Positions 46,882-57,359 of a stretch of DNA of 64,000 nucleotides are shown here, in pieces. Numbering within the stretch: the first letter of the stretch is position 1; the number at the start of each line of letters is the position of its first letter. The position numbers and the translations under genes are program-made. Source of the stretch: an uncultured Bacteroidota bacterium (lineage in GTDB: Bacteria > Bacteroidota > Bacteroidia > Bacteroidales > VadinHA17); assembly GCA_963744745.1 (NCBI GenBank), contig CAVUVD010000019.1, forward strand, positions 427,651 through 491,650, in the 5' to 3' direction. The notes under the pieces are model-generated. The model saw only the letters and a program-made list of their open reading frames with translations. It searched no databases and had not been told where the DNA came from.

Positions 46882-48375
46882 TTAATCTGTAACCGTCTCC
46901 CGCGATCCACCATTTATGAATGACCGGAACATAAAATTTCTGATTTTTCTAAGAAAGTTGAGATAAGTATCAATATTCAGAATAACTGAATCGGTTGTTG
47001 CTTTGTACGTCAGGAATACTCCTACAGGCATGAGTATGTAAGATGCAGCCCACATACCGGCGATAGTGCTGACGACATTTTCCTCTACCAGTTTTTGCGC
47101 TGAGATGGAGATCACGTAATAGATAACAAAAAAGAAAATCGAAATAACAGCAGGAGTGCCCAGACCTCCTTTCCTTATTATTGCACCGAGCGGTGCGCCA
47201 ATGAAGAAAAAGACCAGGCAGGCTAAAGATAGAGTTAGTTTTTTATGCCATTCAACCTCATACCTTTTAATATTCCTGATATCATAATAGATCGATTCAT
47301 TCTGTTGTGTGAGATAAAGTTCAGCATCCTTCAGGTTTTCAATCGCCTTCGTAATTACTGTTCTTTTGTCAACTACCGGAAGCGCTTGCAGAAGTTCATC
47401 TGCATTAAAGTTCTCAACTTTTCTGGCTGTATCTCCGGAATAATCAGTAAGTGCATAATTTCGTTGAAAGTTCTTTTCATAAAGAATTTTTGTATTGTTA
47501 AACTCAGTAAGCTGATTTTCGATTTTTTCCGTATATCTCTGGTTTAATGAATCAACAATATATGTGAGTTCAGAAATATTTTTGGTTTCAGCTCTCCCTT
47601 TAAACATGCCGTCGCTGCGTTCCAGATCAAAGCCCGTCAAAGGAATAACAACTGTTCGCAGCTTAAAATAATCTTTTCTTGAAGGGTAAGATCTGTAATT
47701 TATACCTGCCTTTTTTTCCTCGAGCTCATTAAATGAATATCCATTATAGAGTATCATGATGAGGCCTGTTTCATCGTCAGTCAGTTTCATATAACCTGAA
47801 TCGGCCGTCAGTACCGCCACATTTCCTCTTCGGTCAGTGTGGTCATAAATAATGAGGTCGTCCATTCTGCCTGTCTCAGGGTCCTTCTTTGTCACTTTAA
47901 TGCTGAAATCGGGAACTCCATTATAGAATGTACCGGCCTGAATATTAATATCGGGTTTTTTACGGCGGATATCCCAGAGCAGTGATCTTGCTTTCTCTGT
48001 AGCATATGGCAGAACATTATTTGAGAAGAAGAATGATACAAGTGAAAGAAAGCAGAGCAGAAAAATGAGCGGCCTCATAATTCTTTGAAGAGGTATTCCT
48101 GATGCTTTTAATGCTGTCAGTTCACTGAATTCCCCCATATTACCGAACGTCATAAGTGATGCCAGCAGGATGGCAAGCGGCAATGCCATTGGTACGAATG
48201 TCATTGCAAAATGATAGATAAGCTCTGCAAGTACTCTGAGCTCCAACCCTTTTCCGGCCAGTTCATCGATGTACATCCATAAGAATTGAAGAATCAGGAT
48301 GATAAGCACGATGAAAAAGGTAAGTACCAGAGGGCCGACGAATGACTTTAAAACAAATTTATCCAGCTTCTTCAA
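46882..48375 (-). CDS. LptF/LptG (YjgP/YjgQ) family permease
   Basis: N-terminus [20 protein letters not shown]. Topology is three N-terminal TMs, a large loop, then C-terminal TMs. Confidence 0.75.
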   Translation of the reverse strand: MKKLDKFVLKSFVGPLVLTFFIVLIILILQFLWMYIDELAGKGLELRVLAELIYHFAMTFVPMALPLAILLASLMTFGNMGEFSELTALKASGIPLQRIMRPLIFLLCFLSLVSFFFSNNVLPYATEKARSLLWDIRRKKPDINIQAGTFYNGVPDFSIKVTKKDPETGRMDDLIIYDHTDRRGNVAVLTADSGYMKLTDDETGLIMILYNGYSFNELEEKKAGINYRSYPSRKDYFKLRTVVIPLTGFDLERSDGMFKGRAETKNISELTYIVDSLNQRYTEKIENQLTEFNNTKILYEKNFQRNYALTDYSGDTARKVENFNADELLQALPVVDKRTVITKAIENLKDAELYLTQQNESIYYDIRNIKRYEVEWHKKLTLSLACLVFFFIGAPLGAIIRKGGLGTPAVISIFFFVIYYVISISAQKLVEENVVSTIAGMWAASYILMPVGVFLTYKATTDSVILNIDTYLNFLRKIRNFMFRSFINGGSRETVTD

Positions 48376-48575
48376 AGTATATCCTTAATTTGAAGTGCAA
48401 AACTACTTGATTTTTATCAAAAATCATATTGTCAATTTTCGTGCCCGATTGTTTAGGTTTGCTAATGACTATGAGATGTCATACCTTAGGGAGAACTTTA
48501 GTTAATTTGTAAAAATGTATGTTTCCTGGAATAATGGTTTTAAACCTTTTGACATTTAAAAAACATTTACAAAAA

Positions 48576-49205
48576 ATGGAATCAAAAACTACCTTCCTTA
48601 TCCTTATTACTGTTTTTATTGCTTGTTCAGCATATTCACAGTCTGACATTAAGGTTACAGGTTCAGTGAAAAATCCTGACAATACTACTGTCAGAGGTGT
48701 TTCCATTTTCGTTGATGATGTCAACACAGGAAAGCAAACTAATTCGAAAGGCACCTATAAAGTAACCATACCAGGAAATGCAAAAAAAATCAGTGTTCTA
48801 TCCAAATCAGGACAGGTGGCTGAAATGGACATTGATGGTAAAACAGAAATAAATTTCATTTTGCCTGCCGCAGAAGAGGAGAATAAATCAGTAAATGAAA
48901 ACAGGAAAGAAGTGAAAAGAGCCGATACCAGTCTTGATAATACAACTTATAGTGATGTATATGAAATGATAAGGAGAATGCCAGGGGTAGTTGTGAGAGG
49001 CAGAAAAGTAGAGATAATAGGTATGACTACAACGATGAGCCCAGCTGGAACTGATCCTTTGTTTGTGGTCGACGGCCGGCAGGTAAATAGCATTGATCAT
49101 ATTGTTCCTTCAAGTGTCAAATCGATAGAAATCCTGAAAGGAACAGCTGCAACCATATATGGTGTAAGAGGAGCAAACGGGGTTGTGTCAATAACATTAA
49201 AATAG
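48576..49205 (+). CDS. CarboxypepD_reg-like plus TonB-dependent-receptor plug-like domain protein
   Basis: A signal peptide begins at MESKTTFLILITVFIACSAYSQ, so ATG 48576 is preferred over 48519. The C-terminus is VKSIEILKGTAATIYGVRGANGVVSITLK. Confidence 0.65.
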   Translation: MESKTTFLILITVFIACSAYSQSDIKVTGSVKNPDNTTVRGVSIFVDDVNTGKQTNSKGTYKVTIPGNAKKISVLSKSGQVAEMDIDGKTEINFILPAAEEENKSVNENRKEVKRADTSLDNTTYSDVYEMIRRMPGVVVRGRKVEIIGMTTTMSPAGTDPLFVVDGRQVNSIDHIVPSSVKSIEILKGTAATIYGVRGANGVVSITLK

Positions 49206-49213
49206 TGACAGGT

Positions 49214-50713
49214 TCATTTTGTTCCTGAGGAATTCCTGTAAGGATTTTTAACCAAATATGTGCCGGCCGAAATGAAGTCAATGCCAAATGGAGGCGGAAG
49301 CTCCCCCATATATTGATCAAGCGCATGGAGGTACACCTTGTCATTATGTTTAAGGAGGGTGTCGATACTTAATGTGTCAGTCCAGGTAATAATTATTTTA
49401 TACCATATATCATAAAAAACCTGATCACCATATATTTCCTTAAGTCTTTTAGAATTTGCGTTTCTTGAATTATCGTCTGCTATTTTTAATGCGTAAATGG
49501 GCGAGGTGCTTTTATAAGAAAATATATTTATGCCGTCCTGAGGGTATTCAGTAGTATAGAGACCAGGGATTCTCTTATTAAAATCACTGTTTATGAAAAA
49601 ACACAGAATTATGAAAGGAGTTACAATCGCTGCTTTCCAGAATGAATTAAGTTTAAATAACTTAAGAATAAGAAAGATATTAATTGCAAATGTGGGAAGA
49701 AGAGGAATGAGATAGTAAAAGTGGTATTGATCAAAGAGTTTCAATACCATGAAAATATTAATAAACTGAACGATAAAAAAGATTAACAATATTTTGTAAT
49801 TGATATCAAGTTTTCTTCTGAAGGTTTGTACTAAAAGAACAAATGCTGAGAAAATCATTACAATGCTGATGATAATCTCATTCTTAAGAAAGAAACTCAG
49901 GTTGGTAATAAAATTGTCTATATTGAACATGTCTGAAGAAGACATTTTTAAATACCATGCTATAGTCAGACGGTAAAGACCGGCAACTGGTAATGTAAAG
50001 AGGATGTATGCTAAAAAGCTTGTAAGCACAAATAAAAACTTGTAATGGATTTTCGGTATCAATAGAAATGGCACGAGAATTATTGGTAATATGTTCATTT
50101 TCGTAGCAATGCAAAAACCTGTAACTGCGCCGATTATAACTGGGAACTTATCGATTGTAATTACCCTGTTTCTTTGATAATATATGTTTCTTTCCCCAAA
50201 TGATTTATTGAAATAAAACCTCCACAAGATGAGTATTACGAAAATTGAAATACCTGCCAGAAGGATGGGTTCGGCTGCAAAAGATTCAAACGACCATTGA
50301 GTTACGGTATTCGAGAATGCCGGCACCGATTGAAATAATAAACCATAAATTAATTCATTTGTCATCTTCAGGAAGAATAATCCTGCAAGAAAAAGTATAA
50401 CGCTTATAAGTAGTCCAAAGGATCTGACAACAACCTTGATGTAAAACTGGGGATTTTTTAACACATCATCAGAAAAACTATTCTCTGTATTCCTGAGCAG
50501 ATGTGTTGCCCTCATTATTACTGCTGATATTTCAACAACAGTTGTGCCTTGTGTATATGTCGCTATTTTATCCGGCTGTGTTGTAAGATTTAGTCCATTA
50601 AAAAGATACATGTAATTGGGATCCTGTTCAAATTCTGTTTTATTATTATAATGAACATTGTAAAGGATCAAGAAAGGGATAAGAGTAAGCAGAAAATATT
50701 TCAGATAAGTCAT
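49214..50713 (-). CDS. multi-pass membrane protein, function unknown (possibly GT-C-type glycosyltransferase)
   Basis: 499-aa ORF with 10 or more hydrophobic segments. No diagnostic motif was recognised. Confidence 0.5.
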   Translation of the reverse strand: MTYLKYFLLTLIPFLILYNVHYNNKTEFEQDPNYMYLFNGLNLTTQPDKIATYTQGTTVVEISAVIMRATHLLRNTENSFSDDVLKNPQFYIKVVVRSFGLLISVILFLAGLFFLKMTNELIYGLLFQSVPAFSNTVTQWSFESFAAEPILLAGISIFVILILWRFYFNKSFGERNIYYQRNRVITIDKFPVIIGAVTGFCIATKMNILPIILVPFLLIPKIHYKFLFVLTSFLAYILFTLPVAGLYRLTIAWYLKMSSSDMFNIDNFITNLSFFLKNEIIISIVMIFSAFVLLVQTFRRKLDINYKILLIFFIVQFINIFMVLKLFDQYHFYYLIPLLPTFAINIFLILKLFKLNSFWKAAIVTPFIILCFFINSDFNKRIPGLYTTEYPQDGINIFSYKSTSPIYALKIADDNSRNANSKRLKEIYGDQVFYDIWYKIIITWTDTLSIDTLLKHNDKVYLHALDQYMGELPPPFGIDFISAGTYLVKNPYRNSSGTK

Positions 50714-51072
50714 ATAGTTGTTAGTTATCGGCCAAAAGTAAAAAAATAAATTATATTATTAATGTTTACCTGGGGGTTTTGAAATTTAGTATGATTGTGC
50801 TTTATAAATATCTATTTGGAGCTGCAAAATTGGTTTTTCCGCATCACTGAACGGGGTTCATGATGCTTGAAAACACAAAAAACCCTGCAGTAATGAAACC
50901 ATCGACAGGATTTTCAAAGAAGTGCAATAAAATAGTGTAAGTACTGTAAGCTATCTTACACTTCGCTAACACCCTTACAGTTTTCCGGTTAACAGGGCAG
51001 TAATTTCGTTCCGTTAGAACTTAATTAACGGCCTTGCAAGGCTCATTTACTCACTTTTAAATTATAAGTAAA

Positions 51073-51375
51073 ATGAGCGAAGAATTGATTTATCAAAAAC
51101 TGGATAACATTGAAAAGTTACTGGTAGAACAGTCACTTCTGAAAAAAGAAGTCCTGAATTTTAACGAAACGGCGCTTTATCTTGAAGTGTCTCATTCGCA
51201 CCTGTACAAACTGACCAGTACGGGAGCAATCCCTGCATACAAGCCAAACGGTAAAAAGCTTTACTTCAATCGGAAGGAGCTTGATGTATGGTTGCTCAGT
51301 AACAAACAGGTTTCTACTGATGAAATCGGGCAACAGGCTGATGAATTTCAAATGAAAGCAGGGAGGGCAAGGTAA
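51073..51375 (+). CDS. excisionase-type helix-turn-helix (HTH_17-like) DNA-binding protein of an integrative/mobilizable element
   Basis: LNFNETALYLEVSHSHLYKLTSTGAIPAYKPNGKKLYFNRKELDVWL. Confidence 0.7.
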   Translation: MSEELIYQKLDNIEKLLVEQSLLKKEVLNFNETALYLEVSHSHLYKLTSTGAIPAYKPNGKKLYFNRKELDVWLLSNKQVSTDEIGQQADEFQMKAGRAR

Positions 51376-52158
51376 TGAATGAACTTATTCAACCATTGCT
51401 CACCCTGATGAACGATATCAGGGAAGTTAAAGCATGTATGCAAATTCTAAAGCAAACTCATGCTGAAAAATTCAAAGAAAGCTGGATAGACGCGCAGGAC
51501 GTGATGCTTGCCCTCAACATCAGCAAACGAACTTTACAATCTCTCCGGGATAAAGGCATTTTGCCTTATCAATTATTCCGATGGATTCCGTAAGGCATTC
51601 CATCACGAAACAATCCGGTACTATCGCAAAACGGATCGTGAGTTTGTGGACATTGATTGCCCCCGGCTTTCTGCGGTTCTGTCGGGCACTCCAAAGCAGA
51701 TACAGAACTTGATACCTGAAGTTGAAAACGGATTATTCAGCCGCTTCATATTCTATTACCTGGAAATGTCATCTGTTTGGAAGGATGTATTCGAACGCAA
51801 GGCTGAAAATGGGCTGGATGATTATTTTGGCCGATTTGCACAACAATATTATGAATTGCATAAAATCATGAAATCCACGCTAAATATTGAATTTACCCTT
51901 ACAGTTAGCCAGCAGCAACAATTCAACAATATTTTTGCCCGATGGCAGAACATTTATGAAACGCTTGTGGGACAGGAATACACTGCTACCGTGAGAAGAT
52001 TGGGGCTGATTACTTTTCGTATGGCAATGATTTTTTCGGTATTGAGAATAATGGAAAATGGGGAATTGCCGCTAAAGCTGGTTTGTGAAGAACGTGAGTT
52101 TCAAAATGCTATTTCCATAACTGGAGTATTAATTGTTCATGCGAAGAAAGTATTTTGA
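51375..52158 (+). pseudogene. deletion fusion: second HTH_17-like gene truncated and joined out of frame to the C-terminal part of a DUF3987-like gene
   Basis: Frame 1 reads DAQDVMLALNISKRTLQSLRDKGILPY and then stops (QLFRWIP*). A different frame continues YSDGFRKAFHHETIRYYRKTDREFVDIDCPRLSAVLSGTPKQ...GLFSRFIFYY. The junction is near 51570. Confidence 0.55.
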
Positions 52159-52434
52159 AAAAAGGATTAATCCACAGGGATAAACACGATTGTTATTTTA
52201 AATTTCCCAATGAGGAAATTAAGGATTTAGGGGATTCATAGGAAGATATCCCCTGTTTCCTCAAAATCCTTAATATCCTTACTAATACAAATAAATATTT
52301 CTATACCCTGTTTTTCCTGATTTCACTATGCTTTTAATCAGGCTGAAATAACAACATAAATATTGAATTTAATATGATAAATATTTTGCGATAATCACCG
52401 AAAAAAGGTATCTTTCGCAAACATTTACTCTCTT

Positions 52435-53250
52435 ATGGATATACAAAAAGAAATACGGATACTTACCTGGATTGAACTTCTTCAATCAAAAGGAGCCTTC
52501 GCATTTTCTATTGAATCTGCAAAATCTGAATTACCCGGATATACCGAAATTGCCTTAAAAAGAGCTTTAAGCCGTTTATCTGAAAAAGGCAAAATTATTT
52601 CTATATATAAAGGGTATTACCTCATACTTCCTCCCCAATACTCAATTAAAGGTATTTTACCACCTGTATTGTTTTTAGATGCTTTTTTCAAATTTCTCAA
52701 CAGGCCGTACTATGTTTCTCTTATAAATGCTGCTGCATTTCATGGTGCATCGCACCAGCAACCACAGGAATATTTTGTTATGACCAGCTTTCCTGCAATG
52801 CGGGCTACCCAAAAAAAAGGATTAAAAATCAATTATGTAAGCATCGATAAAATTCCGGAAAAGCTCCTTGAAAAACGCAAAACCGAAGCAGGATACCTTA
52901 CCATTTCAAATCCTGCGCTTACAGCAACCGACCTTGTACAGTTCGAAAAAAGGATTGGAGGTTTAAACCGTGCTGCAACAATATTAAATGAATTGATGGA
53001 AGTTCTTAAACCTTCCAATTTTAACAATGATATTCTGACTCACGCTGCTGTTACTACGCTTCAGCGTTTGGGTTATCTGCTGGAATTTATCTGTTTAAAC
53101 AGTGGACTATCGAACGCCTTATTTAAAAAAATGGAACAACAAAGGCTCAGGTTATTTCGGATTCCGCTAAAAGCATCTGGGCAAGCAAACGGATTTTCTT
53201 CTGACAATCGTTGGAAGGTAATTGTAAACACTGAAATTGATATTGAATAA
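52435..53250 (+). CDS. abiEi: AbiEi family type IV toxin-antitoxin antitoxin
   Basis: 271-aa ORF with a winged-helix-like N-terminus. Its stop overlaps the start of the AbiEii-type ORF (ATAATGA at 53247-53253), the classic abiE arrangement. Confidence 0.7.
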   Translation: MDIQKEIRILTWIELLQSKGAFAFSIESAKSELPGYTEIALKRALSRLSEKGKIISIYKGYYLILPPQYSIKGILPPVLFLDAFFKFLNRPYYVSLINAAAFHGASHQQPQEYFVMTSFPAMRATQKKGLKINYVSIDKIPEKLLEKRKTEAGYLTISNPALTATDLVQFEKRIGGLNRAATILNELMEVLKPSNFNNDILTHAAVTTLQRLGYLLEFICLNSGLSNALFKKMEQQRLRLFRIPLKASGQANGFSSDNRWKVIVNTEIDIE

Positions 53251-54041
53251 TGATTCCACAAGCATACATAACGGAATGGAGCCAACAAGTACCCTGGCAA
53301 ACAAACGAGCAGGTTGAACAAGACCTTGTGATTTGCCGTGCATTGGTAGAATTGTTTTCCGATGATTGGTTAGCTGAAAACCTTGCATTCAGGGGAGGAA
53401 CTGCTTTGCATAAGCTATTTCTCAGCCCTCAGCAACGATATTCTGAAGATATTGACCTGGTACAAATCACAGCTGAACCATTTGGACCGATAGTCGACAG
53501 AATAAGAGAAAGGCTTGTATTTTTGGGAGAACCTAAGCGAAGTCCTAAAGCCCATAACTTTACATTGTACTTTCAGTTTGAATCTGAATTTCCACCCACG
53601 GTTAATCTCCGGTTGAAAGTTGAAACCAATACAAGGGAACATTTTACGGTAAGTGATTTGGTAAAAGTACCTTTCGAAGTTAATTCTTCATGGTTTACGG
53701 GTAATTGCGAACTTACCACTTATGCATTAGAAGAATTATTGGGCACCAAACTGCGGGCGTTATACCAACGCAAAAAGGGAAGAGATTTGTATGATTTATA
53801 TAATGCCCTTTCCCGCAATTCCAAACTTGATATAGATTTGCTTTTAAACTGCTACCGCGAATACATGAAGTTTTCGGTTGACAATCCGCCAAGCCAAAGG
53901 GAATTTATTTTAAACATGGAATCGAAAATAAATGACCCTGAGTTTTCGGGCGATACAACAGCAATACTGCGACAAGGGCAGGAATATGAGCCATTGGCAG
54001 CTTACGAATTGATTAAAACAGAATTAATTGAGAAAATATAG
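53250..54041 (+). CDS. abiEii: AbiEii/AbiGii family nucleotidyltransferase toxin
   Basis: FRGGTALHKLF...RYSEDIDL motif block typical of DUF1814/AbiEii. Confidence 0.8.
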   Translation: MIPQAYITEWSQQVPWQTNEQVEQDLVICRALVELFSDDWLAENLAFRGGTALHKLFLSPQQRYSEDIDLVQITAEPFGPIVDRIRERLVFLGEPKRSPKAHNFTLYFQFESEFPPTVNLRLKVETNTREHFTVSDLVKVPFEVNSSWFTGNCELTTYALEELLGTKLRALYQRKKGRDLYDLYNALSRNSKLDIDLLLNCYREYMKFSVDNPPSQREFILNMESKINDPEFSGDTTAILRQGQEYEPLAAYELIKTELIEKI

Positions 54042-54093
54042 CTATACAAAAGACATTTTAAAAAGATATACAAAACATATTAAGTAAATAATA

Positions 54094-56205
54094 ATGGCAA
54101 TTAAAAAATCTGAATTATACAGTTCGCTTTGGGCAAGTTGCGATGAATTAAGAGGCGGTATGGATCCGAGCCAGTACAAGGATTATGTGTTGGTTTTATT
54201 GTTTTTAAAGTATGTTTCCGACAAATATGCGAACGATCCCGATGCTATCATTGAAATTCCCGCAGGTGGAAGTTTCAAAGATATGATAGCACTGAAGCAC
54301 CAAAAAGATATTGGTGATAAAATGAATACCATCATAGGAGAATTGGCAAAAGCCAATGACCTGGTTGGGGTAATTGATGTTGCCGACTTTAACGATGACG
54401 AAAAGCTTGGAAAAGGCAAGGAAATGGTCGACAAACTTACCAACCTGATTTCCATTTTTCAGAACCCTGCATTAGATTTCAGTAAAAACCGGGCTGAAGG
54501 CGATGATATTCTGGGCGATGCTTTTGAATACCTGATGAAAAACTTTGCCACAGAAAGTGGTAAGAGTAAAGGACAATTCTATACCCCCAGTGAAGTAAGC
54601 CGTGTAATTGCAAAAGTATTAGGTATACACAATGCCACAAACAAAACTACTTTTTATGACCCCACTTGTGGTTCTGGTTCATTGTTGCTTAAAGCAGTGG
54701 ATGAAGCAGATGGTAAAGGTACAATTTACGGTCAGGAAAAAGATGTGGCAACCGCTGCCCTTGCGCGTATGAATATGATTTTACACGGTCAGGAAGCCAT
54801 TGAAATCCACCGTGGACAAAGCACACTCTCCGACCCGTTTTTTAAAGACGCTAACGGCTATTTAAAAACATTTGACTTTGTAGTTGCCAATCCCCCTTTT
54901 TCATCTAAAAACTGGACTTCCGGATTTAATCCACAGGAAGATATTTATGAGCGTTTTGAATTAGATGTAGAAGAAAGCCAAAAGACCGGGGAAAAATTAT
55001 TTAAAACGCCACCTGAAAAAAACGGCGATTTTGCTTTTCTGCTGCATATAATTAAATCACTAAAGAGCACAGGAAAAGGCGCCTGCATACTTCCTCACGG
55101 TGTATTGTTCCGTGGAAATGCCGAAGCTGCTATTCGAAAAAGTATCATTGAAAGGGGTTATATTAAAGGAATTATCGGTTTACCTGCCAACCTGTTTTAT
55201 GGCACAGGTATTCCTGCCTGCATTATTGTAATCGACAAAGAAGGCGCCGATAAAAGGAAACATCTTTTTATGATTGATGCCGGGAAAGGCTATATCAAAG
55301 ACGGCAACAAAAACCGCTTACGCGAACAGGATATTCATAAGATTGTGGATGTATTTAACAAGCAGATACCAATCCCAGGATTCAGCCGATTGGTCAGCAT
55401 CGAAGAAATTAGCGACCCTAAAAATGACTACAACCTCAATATCCCACGCTACATTGATAATCAGGAAACAGAAGATATACAAGACATTGAAGCACATTTA
55501 TTAGGTGATATTCCGAATGTTGATATTGAGGCTTTGAATGAATATTGGGAAGTATATAAAACATTGAAAGGTGAATTGTTTTCTGCCAGCAAACGAGCCA
55601 ATTACAGCCAGTTAAAAATAAGCAAAGACCTCATAAGGCAAACAATATTCAACCATCCTGAATTCGTGACTTTTAGCCAGAAAATGGATGCTCTGTTTAC
55701 TGATTGGAAAACCCGTAACACCAAAACATTAAAATCATTAACAATAGGCATTAAGCCAAAACAAATTATATACAAGGTGTCGGAAGATGTTTTGAAAGCA
55801 TACACCGATAAGCCGTTGATGGACAAATACGATGTGTACCAGCATTTAATGAATTACTGGGCTGAGACCATGCAGGATGATTGCTATTTAATAGCTGCCG
55901 ATGGTTGGAAAGCCGAACTTAGCATTATAAAGCAAACTAAAACCGCTACCGTTTGGGATTGCGACCTTGTACCAAAAACATTGGTGATGAACCGCTATTT
56001 CTTAACAGAGAAAAAAGCCGTTGAACAATTGGAGGCAGAGAAAGAAGGTATTGCTGCACAAATTGCTGAAATGGAAGAAGAACATAACACAGAAGACGGA
56101 TATTTTTCTGAATTAGATAAACTAAACAAAGCCAATGTACAAAAACGTTTAAAAGAATTGCTGGCAACGCAGTCAAAAAACAAAATAACTGAAATATCTA
56201 GTTGA
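54094..56205 (+). CDS. hsdM: type I restriction-modification system methyltransferase subunit (HsdM-like N6-adenine MTase), orphan
   Basis: Motif I YDPTCGSGSLLL and motif IV VVANPPFS. It has a long coiled-coil C-terminal extension. No hsdS or hsdR is present in the window. Confidence 0.8.
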   Translation: MAIKKSELYSSLWASCDELRGGMDPSQYKDYVLVLLFLKYVSDKYANDPDAIIEIPAGGSFKDMIALKHQKDIGDKMNTIIGELAKANDLVGVIDVADFNDDEKLGKGKEMVDKLTNLISIFQNPALDFSKNRAEGDDILGDAFEYLMKNFATESGKSKGQFYTPSEVSRVIAKVLGIHNATNKTTFYDPTCGSGSLLLKAVDEADGKGTIYGQEKDVATAALARMNMILHGQEAIEIHRGQSTLSDPFFKDANGYLKTFDFVVANPPFSSKNWTSGFNPQEDIYERFELDVEESQKTGEKLFKTPPEKNGDFAFLLHIIKSLKSTGKGACILPHGVLFRGNAEAAIRKSIIERGYIKGIIGLPANLFYGTGIPACIIVIDKEGADKRKHLFMIDAGKGYIKDGNKNRLREQDIHKIVDVFNKQIPIPGFSRLVSIEEISDPKNDYNLNIPRYIDNQETEDIQDIEAHLLGDIPNVDIEALNEYWEVYKTLKGELFSASKRANYSQLKISKDLIRQTIFNHPEFVTFSQKMDALFTDWKTRNTKTLKSLTIGIKPKQIIYKVSEDVLKAYTDKPLMDKYDVYQHLMNYWAETMQDDCYLIAADGWKAELSIIKQTKTATVWDCDLVPKTLVMNRYFLTEKKAVEQLEAEKEGIAAQIAEMEEEHNTEDGYFSELDKLNKANVQKRLKELLATQSKNKITEISS

Positions 56206-56210
56206 AGCCA

Positions 56211-56711
56211 TCACCAATACTTTTCCTTGTTTCTGACTTCCCGTCCACGTTTTTTCGGAGCAGATTTTTCTTCTTCATTTTGTTCAGTGTCAACGACCTC
56301 AAAAAAACCTTCATCCAGTTCTACAATCTTATCCAACTTGTACCTACTATCCCTGGATCCCATGGTTACTCTCAGCTTCTGCATCATAAACCAAATGGGT
56401 TCATAAAATTTATGTCCTATCTGCCTTTGAAGCTCTTTCGCTGAGAAAGTCTTTTTTGTCCCTGTTAACAAATGAATTGCAATAAACCAGTATCTGAATG
56501 GAAGATTACTTGCCTGCATTACTGTTCCACTTCTTAAGGTTGTTCTGGTCTTGCATTTCTTGCATTGATACTGCTCGATGGTTTGTAACCAATAGTGATC
56601 AGTACCACCACATTTTCTACAGATGACTCCTTGTTCATCCCGGAATTCCTTAAATTTGATCCTGCATGAGGATTCATCAGGAAATGACTCGATAAATTTG
56701 ATTAGATTCAC
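56211..56711 (-). mobile_element. IS1595-family transposase fragment (N-terminal zinc-ribbon/HTH part only)
   Basis: CRKCGG...YQCKKCKTRTTLRSGTVMQASNLPFRYWFIAIHLL...SAKELQRQ. It ends after VELDEGFF, and the DDE domain is missing. Confidence 0.7.
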
Positions 56712-56730
56712 GTCAATATTTTTCTTATAA

Positions 56731-57339
56731 TATAATCAATTATTCATCATTCCCGACACCCATATAAAGAAATTCGGCGAACAGGAGCATTATTATACGT
56801 CGTTTGTAAATCAACCTGATAGTTTCTTTCCGGTTACCAAAAAAAGTAAACCTATATATAGAAAGGAAACCAATGAAGAAGGTGAAGAAATTTATGTAAA
56901 AGTTGATGGTTCAGCATTTTGTGTTTCTATCTTAAAAAGATATTACAATTCCCTCATACATGCATATTTCAAAGACCTGAATTATATGGTTAAACCTAAC
57001 TTCATTGACGATACCGAAATATGGATTACAGGCCTGCGAAGCACTAACGAATATAATTTTTATGAAAAATTTACCGTAAAAGTACAAATTGCAAAAGTAA
57101 CCAGGCAGCCAGAGCCTTTGATAACCTATGCCGGACAATCGAAGGTTTTTAAAAAAAGCATTGCCGATTTTATTGATCTAGTTTCTCCGAAATGTTTAAA
57201 TTGGGTGATTTTCAGTAATAATTTGTACAAATTTGATGAGCTGCCCGAGGAAGCGAGGCGAAATTATGAAAATGTATTTCCGGTATGGAATTTCGATTTT
57301 AGAAATGCCCTGCGCCAGGAAACGGTATTGACCGACTGA
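56731..57339 (+). pseudogene. open frame without start codon; possible N-terminal fragment of a prokaryotic Argonaute
   Basis: The frame is open from 56731, but the first ATG is at 56986. It lies 19 nt from the divergent IS1595 fragment. The assignment rests on context with the next ORF and weak recollection of pAgo N-domains. Confidence 0.3.
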
Positions 57340-57359
57340 TCATACACTTTTTCAAGAAC

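Noticed and set aside
50714-51072. Left att site, tRNA fragment or integrase for the 51-64 kb island
   Set aside because: I found no tRNA-like sequence, no obvious direct repeat and no integrase ORF. The boundary cannot be defined from this window.
56202-56444. 80-aa plus-strand ORF after hsdM
   Set aside because: It is antisense to the recognisable IS1595 fragment and gives a Phe/Ser-rich low-complexity translation.
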